Source of the DNA: Candidatus Woesearchaeota archaeon
GTDB taxonomy: Archaea > Nanobdellota > Nanobdellia > Woesearchaeales > JAGLGH01
Assembly (NCBI GenBank): GCA_030670545.1
Contig: DAOVBM010000003.1
Location: 1,765 to 65,764 of the forward strand
Length of the DNA stretch: 64,000 bases
Direction: 5' to 3'
The notes under the pieces are model-generated. The model saw only the letters and a list, made by a program, of their open reading frames with translations. It had not been told where the DNA came from and ran no database searches. Positions within the stretch are counted from its first letter, which is position 1. Each line of letters starts with the position of its first letter. Position numbers and translations under genes: made by a program. Shown here one piece after another: positions 30,638-41,514 of this stretch.

Positions 30638-30645
30638 GCTTCATT

Positions 30646-30885
30646 TTAATCATCATTAATCTTTTCATAGAATTCCTTTATCTTATCTTCTTTCCATAAC
30701 TTATCCAGTTCTTTATCTGATTCAGCCAATGCTTTTCCTTTAGAAGTAAGTTTCCATGAGAAATCGCACCATCCGTTGCTTCTTACTTTCTTTTCCAGCG
30801 TTGCTATCCCCATGTTCTCAAGCTGGTATAGGTACTTTCGCTTTTCCGCAATAGATGGGTCTTTTTTCATTGTAACATCAAGCAA
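30646..30885 (-). CDS. small hypothetical protein, possible winged-helix fragment
   Basis: 79 aa; YLYQLENMGI...WKLTSKGK wHTH-like; overlaps the proB stop. Confidence 0.5.
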   Translation of the reverse strand: MLDVTMKKDPSIAEKRKYLYQLENMGIATLEKKVRSNGWCDFSWKLTSKGKALAESDKELDKLWKEDKIKEFYEKINDD

Positions 30886-31675
30886 TAATCCTTGTTCCTA
30901 TATAATCATTCTTTCCTATCTTATCCAATTCATCAATCCCTATGATGTATGTGAGCATGCCTTCTTTTGCGCATTTGAACCCATACTTTATCTTCTGCTC
31001 CATTCCTCCCCTGCCTATTCCTGATGTTCCAAAGCAGTCTATTTCCTTAAGCATATTTTCAGTCAATACATCTAGCTTCTTTGCGTCATCATATCTGTTA
31101 GGGTCTTTGTCATACACAGCAGATGTTGTTACAAAATATACTTCAGCAGCGTTTATTGCTGAAGACAATTGATAGGTGAAAGGGTCATTGTCGCTGAAAC
31201 CATCTCCATTGTATATGGGAAGCAGCTCTTCAAGAGTCACAAAGTCGTTTGTGTTTGCGATGATGACATGGCCTTTATCCATTGTCTTGTTAAGCCTCCT
31301 GCATATGCCTTCTTTTTCATTAGAGTCAAAATTATTTGAAGTGAAAAGAGTGTAGGCTATATCCATCTCATATCTACGAAAAGCCTGCTGATATTCGCGT
31401 GCCAGCGCATCTGTACCCATGCCTGCGAGAACTGCAAGCTCATCTGCATATTCAATATCTGAACTGAAATCTCTTCTTTCTGGCCTTTGTGCGCCAATCT
31501 TTTCAATGCCAAGCTGAAATGATCCTGATGTTACTATAACAGCCTTAAAGCCATTGAGCCTTAATGCATAGGCCCTTGCTGCTATATCATCTATCCTTTT
31601 GGAATAGAATCTCTGCCCTTTTCCATTATCCTTTGTCAGCACCTTTGTGCCGAATTTCATAACAATGCGTTTCAT
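30878..31675 (-). CDS. proB: glutamate 5-kinase (amino acid kinase family, no PUA domain)
   Basis: RIVMKFGT, IVTSG, NTNDFV, FSDND, YDKDP, GRGGMEQKI. Confidence 0.78.
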   Translation of the reverse strand: MKRIVMKFGTKVLTKDNGKGQRFYSKRIDDIAARAYALRLNGFKAVIVTSGSFQLGIEKIGAQRPERRDFSSDIEYADELAVLAGMGTDALAREYQQAFRRYEMDIAYTLFTSNNFDSNEKEGICRRLNKTMDKGHVIIANTNDFVTLEELLPIYNGDGFSDNDPFTYQLSSAINAAEVYFVTTSAVYDKDPNRYDDAKKLDVLTENMLKEIDCFGTSGIGRGGMEQKIKYGFKCAKEGMLTYIIGIDELDKIGKNDYIGTRIIA

Positions 31676-31875
31676 GATTATCACCATTTATTATTGATAG
31701 ATTTTATGCAAGAAAAAAAGTGTATGGATTAAATAACAATGCAGGATCAGCATCCCGGTAACGGCATCATCTCTATAGAAAGCAGTAGTTTGCCAAGTTC
31801 TTTTATGATGTTATTTACAATCATTATCATAATTTAATGTAAATAGCTTTGTGTTTAAAAATATATCTGAACTAG

Positions 31876-32049
31876 GTAAGTAAAAAGTCAGATGCCCAGG
31901 AGCACAAGCATCTTCAAAACTTAGGATAGGTTATTAGAAGGCTCTGCGTCCCCGTAAGGGACAACCCCCCACGACGAGCAGAATAAGGAAAAGGATTAAG
32001 TTTTGACTGATGATGCTGGTGCTCCTTGAGTAGCAGACTTTTTACTTGC
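31876..32049 (+). mobile_element. MITE-like element family A, copy 4 (174 bp)
   Basis: TIR GTAAGTAAAAAGTC / GACTTTTTACTTGC; perfect flanking direct repeat TGAACTAG. Confidence 0.88.
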
Positions 32050-32060
32050 TGAACTAGCAA

Positions 32061-34088
<2,028 letters not shown>

Positions 34089-34310
34089 TTATGTAAATAT
34101 AGAATCACTCCATCTTTATAAATGTTTTGTTTTTTGAATATATCTTAAGGCTGGGAAATGGCTGAAAACCAGCATTTAAGAGGGTTGCTGCATCAAAGCG
34201 TTCCAAGTAGGCATTTGGACTTAATCTGATATGCCTCTGGTAGTTTATCACTATTTAATGATGAATCAATCATGATAACTTTTATAAATAGTTTAATATT
34301 CTTGTTACTC

Positions 34311-35450
34311 ATGCGAAAGGTTATCAAGACACCCCATTGGTCTTATAGGGTAGGAAAACTTCCAAAGGGATGCGAATATTGCGTCAAAGGAAGGAAGATG
34401 GTGCTTTTCATAACAGGCGTGTGCTCACATAACTGCTTCTATTGCCCTCTTTCAGATACAAGAAAAGGCAAGGATTTTGTATGGGCCAATGAATGGAAAG
34501 TAGGCAAAAAGAAAGATGTTGTTGATGAGGCGCAGATATCAAGCAGCAATGGCGCAGGAATAACTGGTGGAGACCCTCTTATGAAGCTTGACAGGACAAT
34601 CAGCCATGTAAGGATGTTGAAGAGCAGTATGGGAAAAGATTACCATATACACCTTTATGCTCCGCTTAATTTTGTTACAAAGAAAAGGATAGAGAACCTT
34701 CATAATGCAGGGCTTGATGAGATAAGGCTGCATCCAGATCTTGATAATCCTGAAGAGTGGAAAAGGATAGAGGTTGCTTTGAAATATGACTGGGACATTG
34801 GCATAGAAATTCCTTCCCTACCTGATAAGATAGAACAGACAAAGCAGCTCATTGACTATGTCAAAGACAAGGTGCAGTTCATAAATATTAATGAGCTAGA
34901 GATTTCTGACAACAATGCATGTAAGCTGGTTGATGCGAATTATCACAGCAAAAAAGGGATTTCTTATGTTGTTGAAGGAAGTGATAAAGCTGCTATGCAG
35001 CTTCTTAAGTATATAGCAAAACAAAAAAAGCTGAATGCGCATTACTGCAGTGCAAGGCTTAAAGATGGAATCCAACTCAGGAACAGAATAAAGCTCAGGG
35101 CTAAGAATGTTGCAAAGCCTTATGACAAGATAACAAAAGACGGCACACTGCTGAGAGGCGCAATATATCTGAAAGAGCTTATACCTGATGCTGATTATAG
35201 GATCAAGTTGCAGATGATAGATCATAAAGTGATTATCAAGAAACTGTTCAAGGTCAAGAGAGAGCTGCAGTCAAAGTGGAACATCAACATAAATGATGCA
35301 GATATTGATACAGATAAGCTGAGAATCATTCTTAATAAGAATTTTGTAAAGAAAATAAGGGGAGACCTAAAGAGAAACAAGCTAGTTCCTGCAATAGTTG
35401 AAGAGTACCCTACGCATGATGCTTTGGAAGTTGAGATTGAGTTCTTGTAA
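34311..35450 (+). CDS. archaeal radical SAM protein (PFL-activating-like, uncharacterised)
   Basis: GCEYCVKG, CSHNCFYC, GITGGDP, GLDEIRLHP. Confidence 0.88.
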   Translation: MRKVIKTPHWSYRVGKLPKGCEYCVKGRKMVLFITGVCSHNCFYCPLSDTRKGKDFVWANEWKVGKKKDVVDEAQISSSNGAGITGGDPLMKLDRTISHVRMLKSSMGKDYHIHLYAPLNFVTKKRIENLHNAGLDEIRLHPDLDNPEEWKRIEVALKYDWDIGIEIPSLPDKIEQTKQLIDYVKDKVQFININELEISDNNACKLVDANYHSKKGISYVVEGSDKAAMQLLKYIAKQKKLNAHYCSARLKDGIQLRNRIKLRAKNVAKPYDKITKDGTLLRGAIYLKELIPDADYRIKLQMIDHKVIIKKLFKVKRELQSKWNININDADIDTDKLRIILNKNFVKKIRGDLKRNKLVPAIVEEYPTHDALEVEIEFL

Positions 35451-35475
35451 AACCAAAAGCTGAAAATACATTAGC

Positions 35476-36036
35476 TCATTTTACTCTCTTTTCTGTAAGA
35501 TGTTTTATTATATCCTTAAGTTCTGCCATCTTAAGCTCCCTTCCTACTACAATCTGATGGAACCTCTCAAGCTCATCAACTCTCTGTTCAAGCTCTTTTT
35601 TTGATTTTTTCAGCTCTTTGCTCTGCTGCTGGAGCTTTCTCTCGCTTTCTTTCAGCTGTTTGTATGACCCCTTGAGCTTGGAGTGGCTTTCAATTATCTG
35701 CCTTCTGCTTTTGTTGAGTAATTTGCTTAAATATGCTGTGAATGTTCCTATTATTATAAACATAATTGCCCTGAAAAAATCGAATATCAATACCTCTTCC
35801 ATCCTGAAGATAAGATGGAAGACTACCAGAAATGATGCAAGGAAAACAGGAACAATAAGCCCTCTTTTTTCCCACCATAAGCACGCAAGGATTATAGGAA
35901 TATAGAAAAGATGCGTATATATTCTTCCTATGCCTAGCTTTATCTTGAATACATAAGTCATAATAATGCAGGCAATGATTAGTGCAATCATAAAGCTAAG
36001 CTTTTTTCTGTTTTCTTTGAGATCATCAGTCTCCAT
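35476..36036 (-). CDS. membrane sensor-like protein with coiled-coil tail
   Basis: four TM segments with YTHLFYIPII motif, coiled coil, ELERF..IVVGRELKMAELK tail; no kinase domain. Confidence 0.7.
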   Translation of the reverse strand: METDDLKENRKKLSFMIALIIACIIMTYVFKIKLGIGRIYTHLFYIPIILACLWWEKRGLIVPVFLASFLVVFHLIFRMEEVLIFDFFRAIMFIIIGTFTAYLSKLLNKSRRQIIESHSKLKGSYKQLKESERKLQQQSKELKKSKKELEQRVDELERFHQIVVGRELKMAELKDIIKHLTEKRVK

Positions 36037-36106
36037 AATCCTTAATCTATATCTCAGATATTTAAGTATTAGGTTTTATTCCTAAATTAAAATAAGGCCT
36101 GAAACA

Positions 36107-36435
36107 AAATCTAATAAGTCATTTATAAATAAGCAGTAGCATCTTCAAATCTTGATGAGCATAGCTCATTAAGTCTTGAGGAACAAAGTTCCTTAAGAAC
36201 TTAGAAGGCTATGCCTTCCAAGTAACTTAGAGAGCTTTGCTCTCCAAGTACTCAAGATGTGTTTTTGGAAAGCTCTGCGTCCCCGTAGGGGGCTGCTGAG
36301 AAATTGTTTCACAATTTCTGGCACCTCGTTCGGCTTTGCCTCAGAGGTTCCCCCCGCGACGAGCAGGACTTCTAAACTGAAAGAGTTTTGACCTGATGAT
36401 GCTACTGCTCCTATGGTATCAGACTTATTACAGGC
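36107..36435 (+). mobile_element. MITE-like element family A, copy 5 (329 bp, with two hairpin inserts)
   Basis: family core; ends TAATAAGTC/GACTTATTA; degenerate flanks CTGAAACA / AAGAAACA; inserts at 36149-36258 and 36294-36348. Confidence 0.8.
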
Positions 36436-36442
36436 AAGAAAC

Positions 36443-36457
36443 AAAAACCTTTATAAA
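36443..36457 (+). promoter_or_regulatory. BRE/TATA promoter of the rpl7ae operon
   Basis: AAAAACC-TTTATAAA about 25 nt upstream of a structured leader. Confidence 0.55.
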
Positions 36458-36480
36458 CCCTCTTTGATTCACCAATATTA

Positions 36481-36642
36481 CCAATGATTGATGATCCTGT
36501 CTTAGGATGGGTGAGTGAGGTGCAAATTCTTTGTAACCTTACAGATTTTAAATAAATCAAAAACCCAATCGCCGCAAGCGGCGAGGTATAATCTTACATT
36601 GGGTTTTGGGTCATAAAAATATACCAGGCATATCATCATTGG
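36481..36642 (+). ncRNA. putative structured 5' leader of rpl7ae, or a separate sRNA
   Basis: closing stem CCAATGA/TCATTGG; internal AAAACCCAAT/ATTGGGTTTT and TCGCCG-CAAG-CGGCGA; UGAUGA C-box-like motif near the 5' end. Confidence 0.45.
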
Positions 36643-36698
36643 CCACTGCAAGCAGTGGGGTATATTTTTATAAATCAATATCAAGGAGGCTTGTAAAA

Positions 36699-37034
36699 AT
36701 GGCAGATGAAGTTTCAAAAGAAACAATCGAGAAAACATATGAGGCTATAGAAGTCGCAAAGGCGACAGGAAAGATTAAGAAGGGCACTAATGAAGTGACA
36801 AAATCCATTGAAAGGGGAAAAGCAAAACTTGTCGCTGTGGCAAGCGATGTAAATCCGCCTGAGATTATAATGCATATCCCACTGCTTGCAAAAGAGAAAG
36901 GAGTTCCATGCATCAAAGTGACAACCAAGGAAGAGCTTGGGGCTGCTGCAGGAATAGATATTCCTACTGTAAGCGTGGCGATTGTCGAAGAGGGAGAAGC
37001 AAAAGGATTGATAAAAGAGATTTCAAAACAGTAG
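36699..37034 (+). CDS. rpl7ae: 50S ribosomal protein L7Ae
   Basis: GKIKKGTNEVTKSIERG, DVNPPEI, ELGAAAG; AGGAGG Shine-Dalgarno. Confidence 0.96.
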   Translation: MADEVSKETIEKTYEAIEVAKATGKIKKGTNEVTKSIERGKAKLVAVASDVNPPEIIMHIPLLAKEKGVPCIKVTTKEELGAAAGIDIPTVSVAIVEEGEAKGLIKEISKQ

Positions 37035-37044
37035 GTGAGTTAAG

Positions 37045-37326
37045 ATGGCCTATGAAAGAACTGATAACAGGAAATCAAAAAAAGGCGCTGAACAGCAGAA
37101 AGGCGTAGTAAACTTTTCTATTGCATTTCCTTCAAAAGTAGAAGAAGTGATTGGAAGGACAGGTACAAGAGGAGAAGCAATCCAGGTAAGGTGTAAGGTT
37201 CTCGAGGGAAGGGATACTAACAAAATTCTAAGAAGAAATGTCAAAGGCCCTATAAGAGTAGGAGATATACTTATGCTGCGAGAGACAGAAATAGAAGCCC
37301 ATAGAATGACTTCAGGCAGGCGATAA
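37045..37326 (+). CDS. rps28e: 30S ribosomal protein S28e
   Basis: IGRTGTRGEAIQVRCKVLEG...RNVKGPIRVGDILML. Confidence 0.95.
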   Translation: MAYERTDNRKSKKGAEQQKGVVNFSIAFPSKVEEVIGRTGTRGEAIQVRCKVLEGRDTNKILRRNVKGPIRVGDILMLRETEIEAHRMTSGRR

Positions 37327-37328
37327 TC

Positions 37329-37529
37329 ATGGCAAGATGTAATTTTTGCGGGGAAAAGATTGAGAAGGGGACAGGAAAGATGTATGTAGAGGTTACAGGC
37401 AGTGTACTTAATTTCTGTTCATCCAAATGCGAGAAGAATTTGCTTAAGCTTGGCAGAAAGCCGAGGAATATAGCATGGACAAAAGAAGCGCAAGACATAA
37501 AGAAAGCGCAAAAAGGTGGATCCAAATGA
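37329..37529 (+). CDS. rpl24e: 50S ribosomal protein L24e
   Basis: CNFCGEKIEKGTGKMYV...FCSSKCEKN...WT. Confidence 0.95.
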   Translation: MARCNFCGEKIEKGTGKMYVEVTGSVLNFCSSKCEKNLLKLGRKPRNIAWTKEAQDIKKAQKGGSK

Positions 37530-38017
37530 TTGAAAAAACACTGGTTTTGATAAAGCCTGACGGAGTGCAGAGATGCATTGTAGGTCGGATAATCAAAAGG
37601 TTTGAGGATGCAGGCCTTAAGATGATAGGCCTGAAGATGCAGTGGATTGACAAGGAGTTTGCAAAAAAGCATTACACTGAAGACATAGCTGTGAGGAGAG
37701 GCGAGAAGGTTAGGGAGCTTTTGCTTGACTTTATCTCAGAAGGCCCTGTTGTTGCGATATGCATTGAAGGTGTGAATGCCATAGAGAATGTGAGGAAGAT
37801 AACAGGCACGACTGAACCAAGAGGAGCTTCTCCTGGAACAATCAGGGGAGATTTTGCGCATGTAAGTTTCAGCTATGCAGACAATAAAGAGATGGCTGTA
37901 AAAAATATAATACATGCATCAGCAGACAAGAAAGATGCAGAGTCTGAAATAAAACTCTGGTTCAAGTCTGAAGAACTGCATTCCTATAAAACAGTGCATG
38001 ACACATTTATCTTATGA
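37526..38017 (+). CDS. ndk: nucleoside diphosphate kinase
   Basis: TLVLIKPDGVQR, PGTIRGDF, NIIHAS. Confidence 0.95.
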   Translation: MIEKTLVLIKPDGVQRCIVGRIIKRFEDAGLKMIGLKMQWIDKEFAKKHYTEDIAVRRGEKVRELLLDFISEGPVVAICIEGVNAIENVRKITGTTEPRGASPGTIRGDFAHVSFSYADNKEMAVKNIIHASADKKDAESEIKLWFKSEELHSYKTVHDTFIL

Positions 38018-38059
38018 TAAAAAATTTATGATAAAAATTAATCTACAAGGTGGTAAATA

Positions 38060-40231
38060 ATGGCAGAAAAGATGGTTGACAAAGTTATGAGGCTTAATAA
38101 AGAGCCTTCACAGATAAGGAATATTGCTATTTGCGCTCATATTGATCATGGAAAGACAACATTCTCTGACAACTTGCTTGCAGGCTGTGGGATGATGAGC
38201 GAAGATCTTGCAGGAAAGGCCTGCATTCTTGATTTTCATGAGGATGAGAAAGAGAGAGGAATCACTATTGATTCAGCATCAGTATCTATGGTACACCAGG
38301 TAAAGGATAAGGAATTCCTTATCAATCTGATAGACACTCCTGGCCACGTAGATTTTGGCGGAGACGTGACAAGGGCAATGCGGGCTGTTGACGGAGCTAT
38401 TGTCCTGTGCTGCGCATCTGAGGGAATAATGCCTCAGACAGAGACTGTGCTTAGGCAGGCATTGAAGGAAAGAGTTAGGCCTGTGTTGTTCATAAACAAG
38501 GTTGACAGGCTGATAAAAGAGCTCCAGCTTAGTCCTGAACAGATGCAGGAAAGGTTCATAAATATCATCAATGAGGTGAACAAGCTCATCAAGGACATAT
38601 CTCCAGAATATGGAGAGAAGTGGCAGGTCAGTGTGCAGGATGGAAGTGTGGCATTTGGATCAGCATTCCATAACTGGGCATTGTCTTTCCCATATATGAA
38701 GGAGAATAATATCACATTTAAGGAGATAATCGAAGCATATGACGGAACAGAGAAGTACAAGGAGATTGCAAAAAAAGCACCTATTCATAAGGTTATTCTT
38801 GACATTGTTGTTGAGCATCTTCCAAACCCTATCGAAGCTCAGGGATATAGGATACCTAAGATTTGGCATGGGGATATTGAAAGCGCAGTAGGCAAAGGGC
38901 TAACCAACTGTGATCCTAACGGTCCGTTGTTCTTTGTGATAACAAAGATTGTTGTTGATCCGCAAGCAGGAGAGATATCCGCAGGAAGGCTGTTTTCAGG
39001 AACAATGAAAAGAGGCACTGAAGTCTATCTTAACAGGGCAAAACAGCATACAAGGATACAGCAAGTATATATCTATAACGGCGCAAAGAAAGAGATCCTT
39101 GACAATGTCCCTGCTGGAAACATAATAGGCATATCAGGGGTCAAGGCATTTCCAGGTGAATCCATAACAATTGAAGAGTCTGAGCCTATGGAAGCGATAA
39201 CCCATATATTTGATCCAGTCATAACAAAAGCTATAGAGGCAAAGAATCCTGCAGACCTTCCAAAGCTTATCGAAGTGCTGAGGATGGTGGCAAAAGAGGA
39301 TCCTACAGTCAAAGTAGAGATAAACGAAGAGACTGGCGAGCACCTGCTCCATGGCATGGGAGAACTTCATCTTGAGGTAATAGAGAACAGGATAAGAAGC
39401 GAGAAAGGCGTTGAAGTCAAGACCTCATCTCCTATAGTAGTATACAGGGAAACAATAACAAAGAATTCTATTGAAGTTGAAGGAAAATCTCCAAATAAGC
39501 ATAATAAGTACTATTTTATCGTAGAGCCGCTGTCTGAGGAAGTAGTAAAAGCGGTAAAAGCAGGAGACATCCCTGAGATGAGGATTAAGAAGAAGGATCT
39601 TGAGCTGAGGAATAAGTTTACTGCTTTAGGATTCCCTACAAAAGATGCTGAGGGCATAAAGGATATTTATAAGGGAAACCTATTCATGGACAAGACAAGA
39701 GGCCAGGTGCATCTTGGAGAGGTCATAGAGATGATACTTGACATGTTTGAGGATGTCATGGATAATGGTCCGCTTGCAAGAGAGCCGTGTCAGAAAGTGC
39801 TTGTAAGGCTGATGGATATGACTCTCCACGAAGACGCTATCCACAGGGGGCCTGCGCAGACATACCCTGCAGTAAGGGAAGGTATAAGAGGCGCAATGAT
39901 GCAGGCAGCTCCGATGCTTCTTGAGCCTTTGCAGATATTGCATATTGAAGCTCCTAATGAATATATGGGAGAGATATCAAAGCTTATCTCAAACAAGAGA
40001 GGCCAGCTTCTTGACATGCAGCAGGAAGGCACAATTGTTGTTGTAAAAGCAAAGATGCCTGTAGGAGAGATGTTCGGATGGAGTTCTGAGCTGAGAAGCG
40101 CTACTGGCGGAAGAGGAAACTCATCGCTTATCGACCAGGTATTTGAGAAGCTTCCTGAAGATCTGCAGCAGAAGATCAGAGGCCAGATAGTATCCAGGAA
40201 AGGGCTTAGTGAAGGCCAGCTTGGGGCATAA
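38060..40231 (+). CDS. fusA: archaeal elongation factor 2
   Basis: AHIDHGKTT, RGITI, DTPGHVDF, NKVD, GMGELHLE, diphthamide-site HEDAIHRGPAQ. Confidence 0.97.
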   Translation: MAEKMVDKVMRLNKEPSQIRNIAICAHIDHGKTTFSDNLLAGCGMMSEDLAGKACILDFHEDEKERGITIDSASVSMVHQVKDKEFLINLIDTPGHVDFGGDVTRAMRAVDGAIVLCCASEGIMPQTETVLRQALKERVRPVLFINKVDRLIKELQLSPEQMQERFINIINEVNKLIKDISPEYGEKWQVSVQDGSVAFGSAFHNWALSFPYMKENNITFKEIIEAYDGTEKYKEIAKKAPIHKVILDIVVEHLPNPIEAQGYRIPKIWHGDIESAVGKGLTNCDPNGPLFFVITKIVVDPQAGEISAGRLFSGTMKRGTEVYLNRAKQHTRIQQVYIYNGAKKEILDNVPAGNIIGISGVKAFPGESITIEESEPMEAITHIFDPVITKAIEAKNPADLPKLIEVLRMVAKEDPTVKVEINEETGEHLLHGMGELHLEVIENRIRSEKGVEVKTSSPIVVYRETITKNSIEVEGKSPNKHNKYYFIVEPLSEEVVKAVKAGDIPEMRIKKKDLELRNKFTALGFPTKDAEGIKDIYKGNLFMDKTRGQVHLGEVIEMILDMFEDVMDNGPLAREPCQKVLVRLMDMTLHEDAIHRGPAQTYPAVREGIRGAMMQAAPMLLEPLQILHIEAPNEYMGEISKLISNKRGQLLDMQQEGTIVVVKAKMPVGEMFGWSSELRSATGGRGNSSLIDQVFEKLPEDLQQKIRGQIVSRKGLSEGQLGA

Positions 40232-40305
40232 GGTGAACTTATAATTTTTTATTTTCTTATTATAATATTATTATGATAATCTAAATTAATCTAATCTATC
40301 TTTAT

Positions 40306-41514
40306 ATGGCAAAAATAAGGCTTGAATTCAGGGACATTGGGTTTGAAGAGAGAGAGGATTCTGTAAGAGTAAAATTCCTTAAGATATTCTATTTTGACAT
40401 TCCAAAAGCTGAACTTGATAAGATATCAGAGTTTGATGTTGAAGATCATGCAATAATATTCATAGGAGCAAAGCAGAATAAAGCTGAGATTAGGTTCAAT
40501 CACCTGCTTTCTATAGGGTTCTCCCAACTGAAGAACAGGATTACTGGCAAGGATGCTGTATATGTCCACAGGAATTCTGGCATACCACTTATAGGAACAA
40601 ATTACTTTGGCCTTGTTGACAGGGATACGAACATAATTGAGCTTAAGCCTATAACAAGCTGCAACATAGAATGTATATACTGTTCTGTTGCGCAGGAAAA
40701 AAGAGCAGTTGATTTTGTTGTGGAAAAGGATTATCTTGTTGAAGAATTCAGGAAGCTTGTAAAACTTAAGAATTGTGATGAGATAGAGGCGCATATCGGC
40801 GGTCAGGGTGAGCCTTTATTGTATGGAGATATCCTTGGCTTGATTAAAGGTTTATCAAATATACCTGAAGTAAAAACAATATCAGTTGATACAAACGGAA
40901 CATTGCTGTCTGAAAAGCTTATTGATGAACTTGTCGAAGCAGGGCTTACCAGGATGAACCTTTCAATAAATGCAATGGATCCTGAGCTTGCGAAGAAGAT
41001 GTCAGGCTTTCCTTATGATATTGAAAGAATAAAAAAGATGGCAGGATACATTGCATCAAAGATAGACCTTATAATAGCTCCAGTCCTTGTGCCTGGAATA
41101 AATGAGCAGGAGATACCGAAGATAATACAGTTTGCTAAGAAGATTAAAGATAAAGATGTGTGGCTAGGCATACAGAATTATCTGGAATATCGGTTCGGAA
41201 GGAGACCTGCAAAACAGATGGATTGGGATGATTTCTTTGCTCTTCTTAAGAAGTGGGAAAAAGAATTTGATATATGCCTTACAAAAATGCCTTTTACTTT
41301 TTTAAAAACATCAAAACTTGAAAAGCCATTCAAAAGAAGAGAGATTGTAAAAGCAGATATTGTATGCAGAGGCAGATTCAGGAATGAGATGATTGCAGCT
41401 GCTCAGGACAGAGCAATTGCTGTTCCCCAATGCCATAAAAAGAAAGGTAAGGTAAATCTCAAGATAACAAGAAGCAAGGATAATATATTTAGTGGAGTGG
41501 TTGTGGGGAAGTGA
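40306..41514 (+). CDS. archaeal radical SAM protein with C-terminal TRAM-like domain
   Basis: IPLIG..YFGLVDR, CNIECIYCSV, GQGEPLLY, APVLVPGINE. Confidence 0.85.
   Translation: MAKIRLEFRDIGFEEREDSVRVKFLKIFYFDIPKAELDKISEFDVEDHAIIFIGAKQNKAEIRFNHLLSIGFSQLKNRITGKDAVYVHRNSGIPLIGTNYFGLVDRDTNIIELKPITSCNIECIYCSVAQEKRAVDFVVEKDYLVEEFRKLVKLKNCDEIEAHIGGQGEPLLYGDILGLIKGLSNIPEVKTISVDTNGTLLSEKLIDELVEAGLTRMNLSINAMDPELAKKMSGFPYDIERIKKMAGYIASKIDLIIAPVLVPGINEQEIPKIIQFAKKIKDKDVWLGIQNYLEYRFGRRPAKQMDWDDFFALLKKWEKEFDICLTKMPFTFLKTSKLEKPFKRREIVKADIVCRGRFRNEMIAAAQDRAIAVPQCHKKKGKVNLKITRSKDNIFSGVVVGK

Noticed and set aside
36151-36248. Four periodic hairpins as a mini-CRISPR array
   Set aside because: There is no constant repeat with unique spacers; the variable part is itself the palindrome, and there are no cas genes in the window.
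36193-36444. 83-aa minus-strand ORF
   Set aside because: It lies almost entirely within family A copy 5; chance frame.
36500-36660. tRNA or SRP RNA upstream of rpl7ae
   Set aside because: No cloverleaf with a TTCRA T-loop and no SRP helix-8 motif were found; no tRNA or rRNA gene was recognised anywhere in the window.
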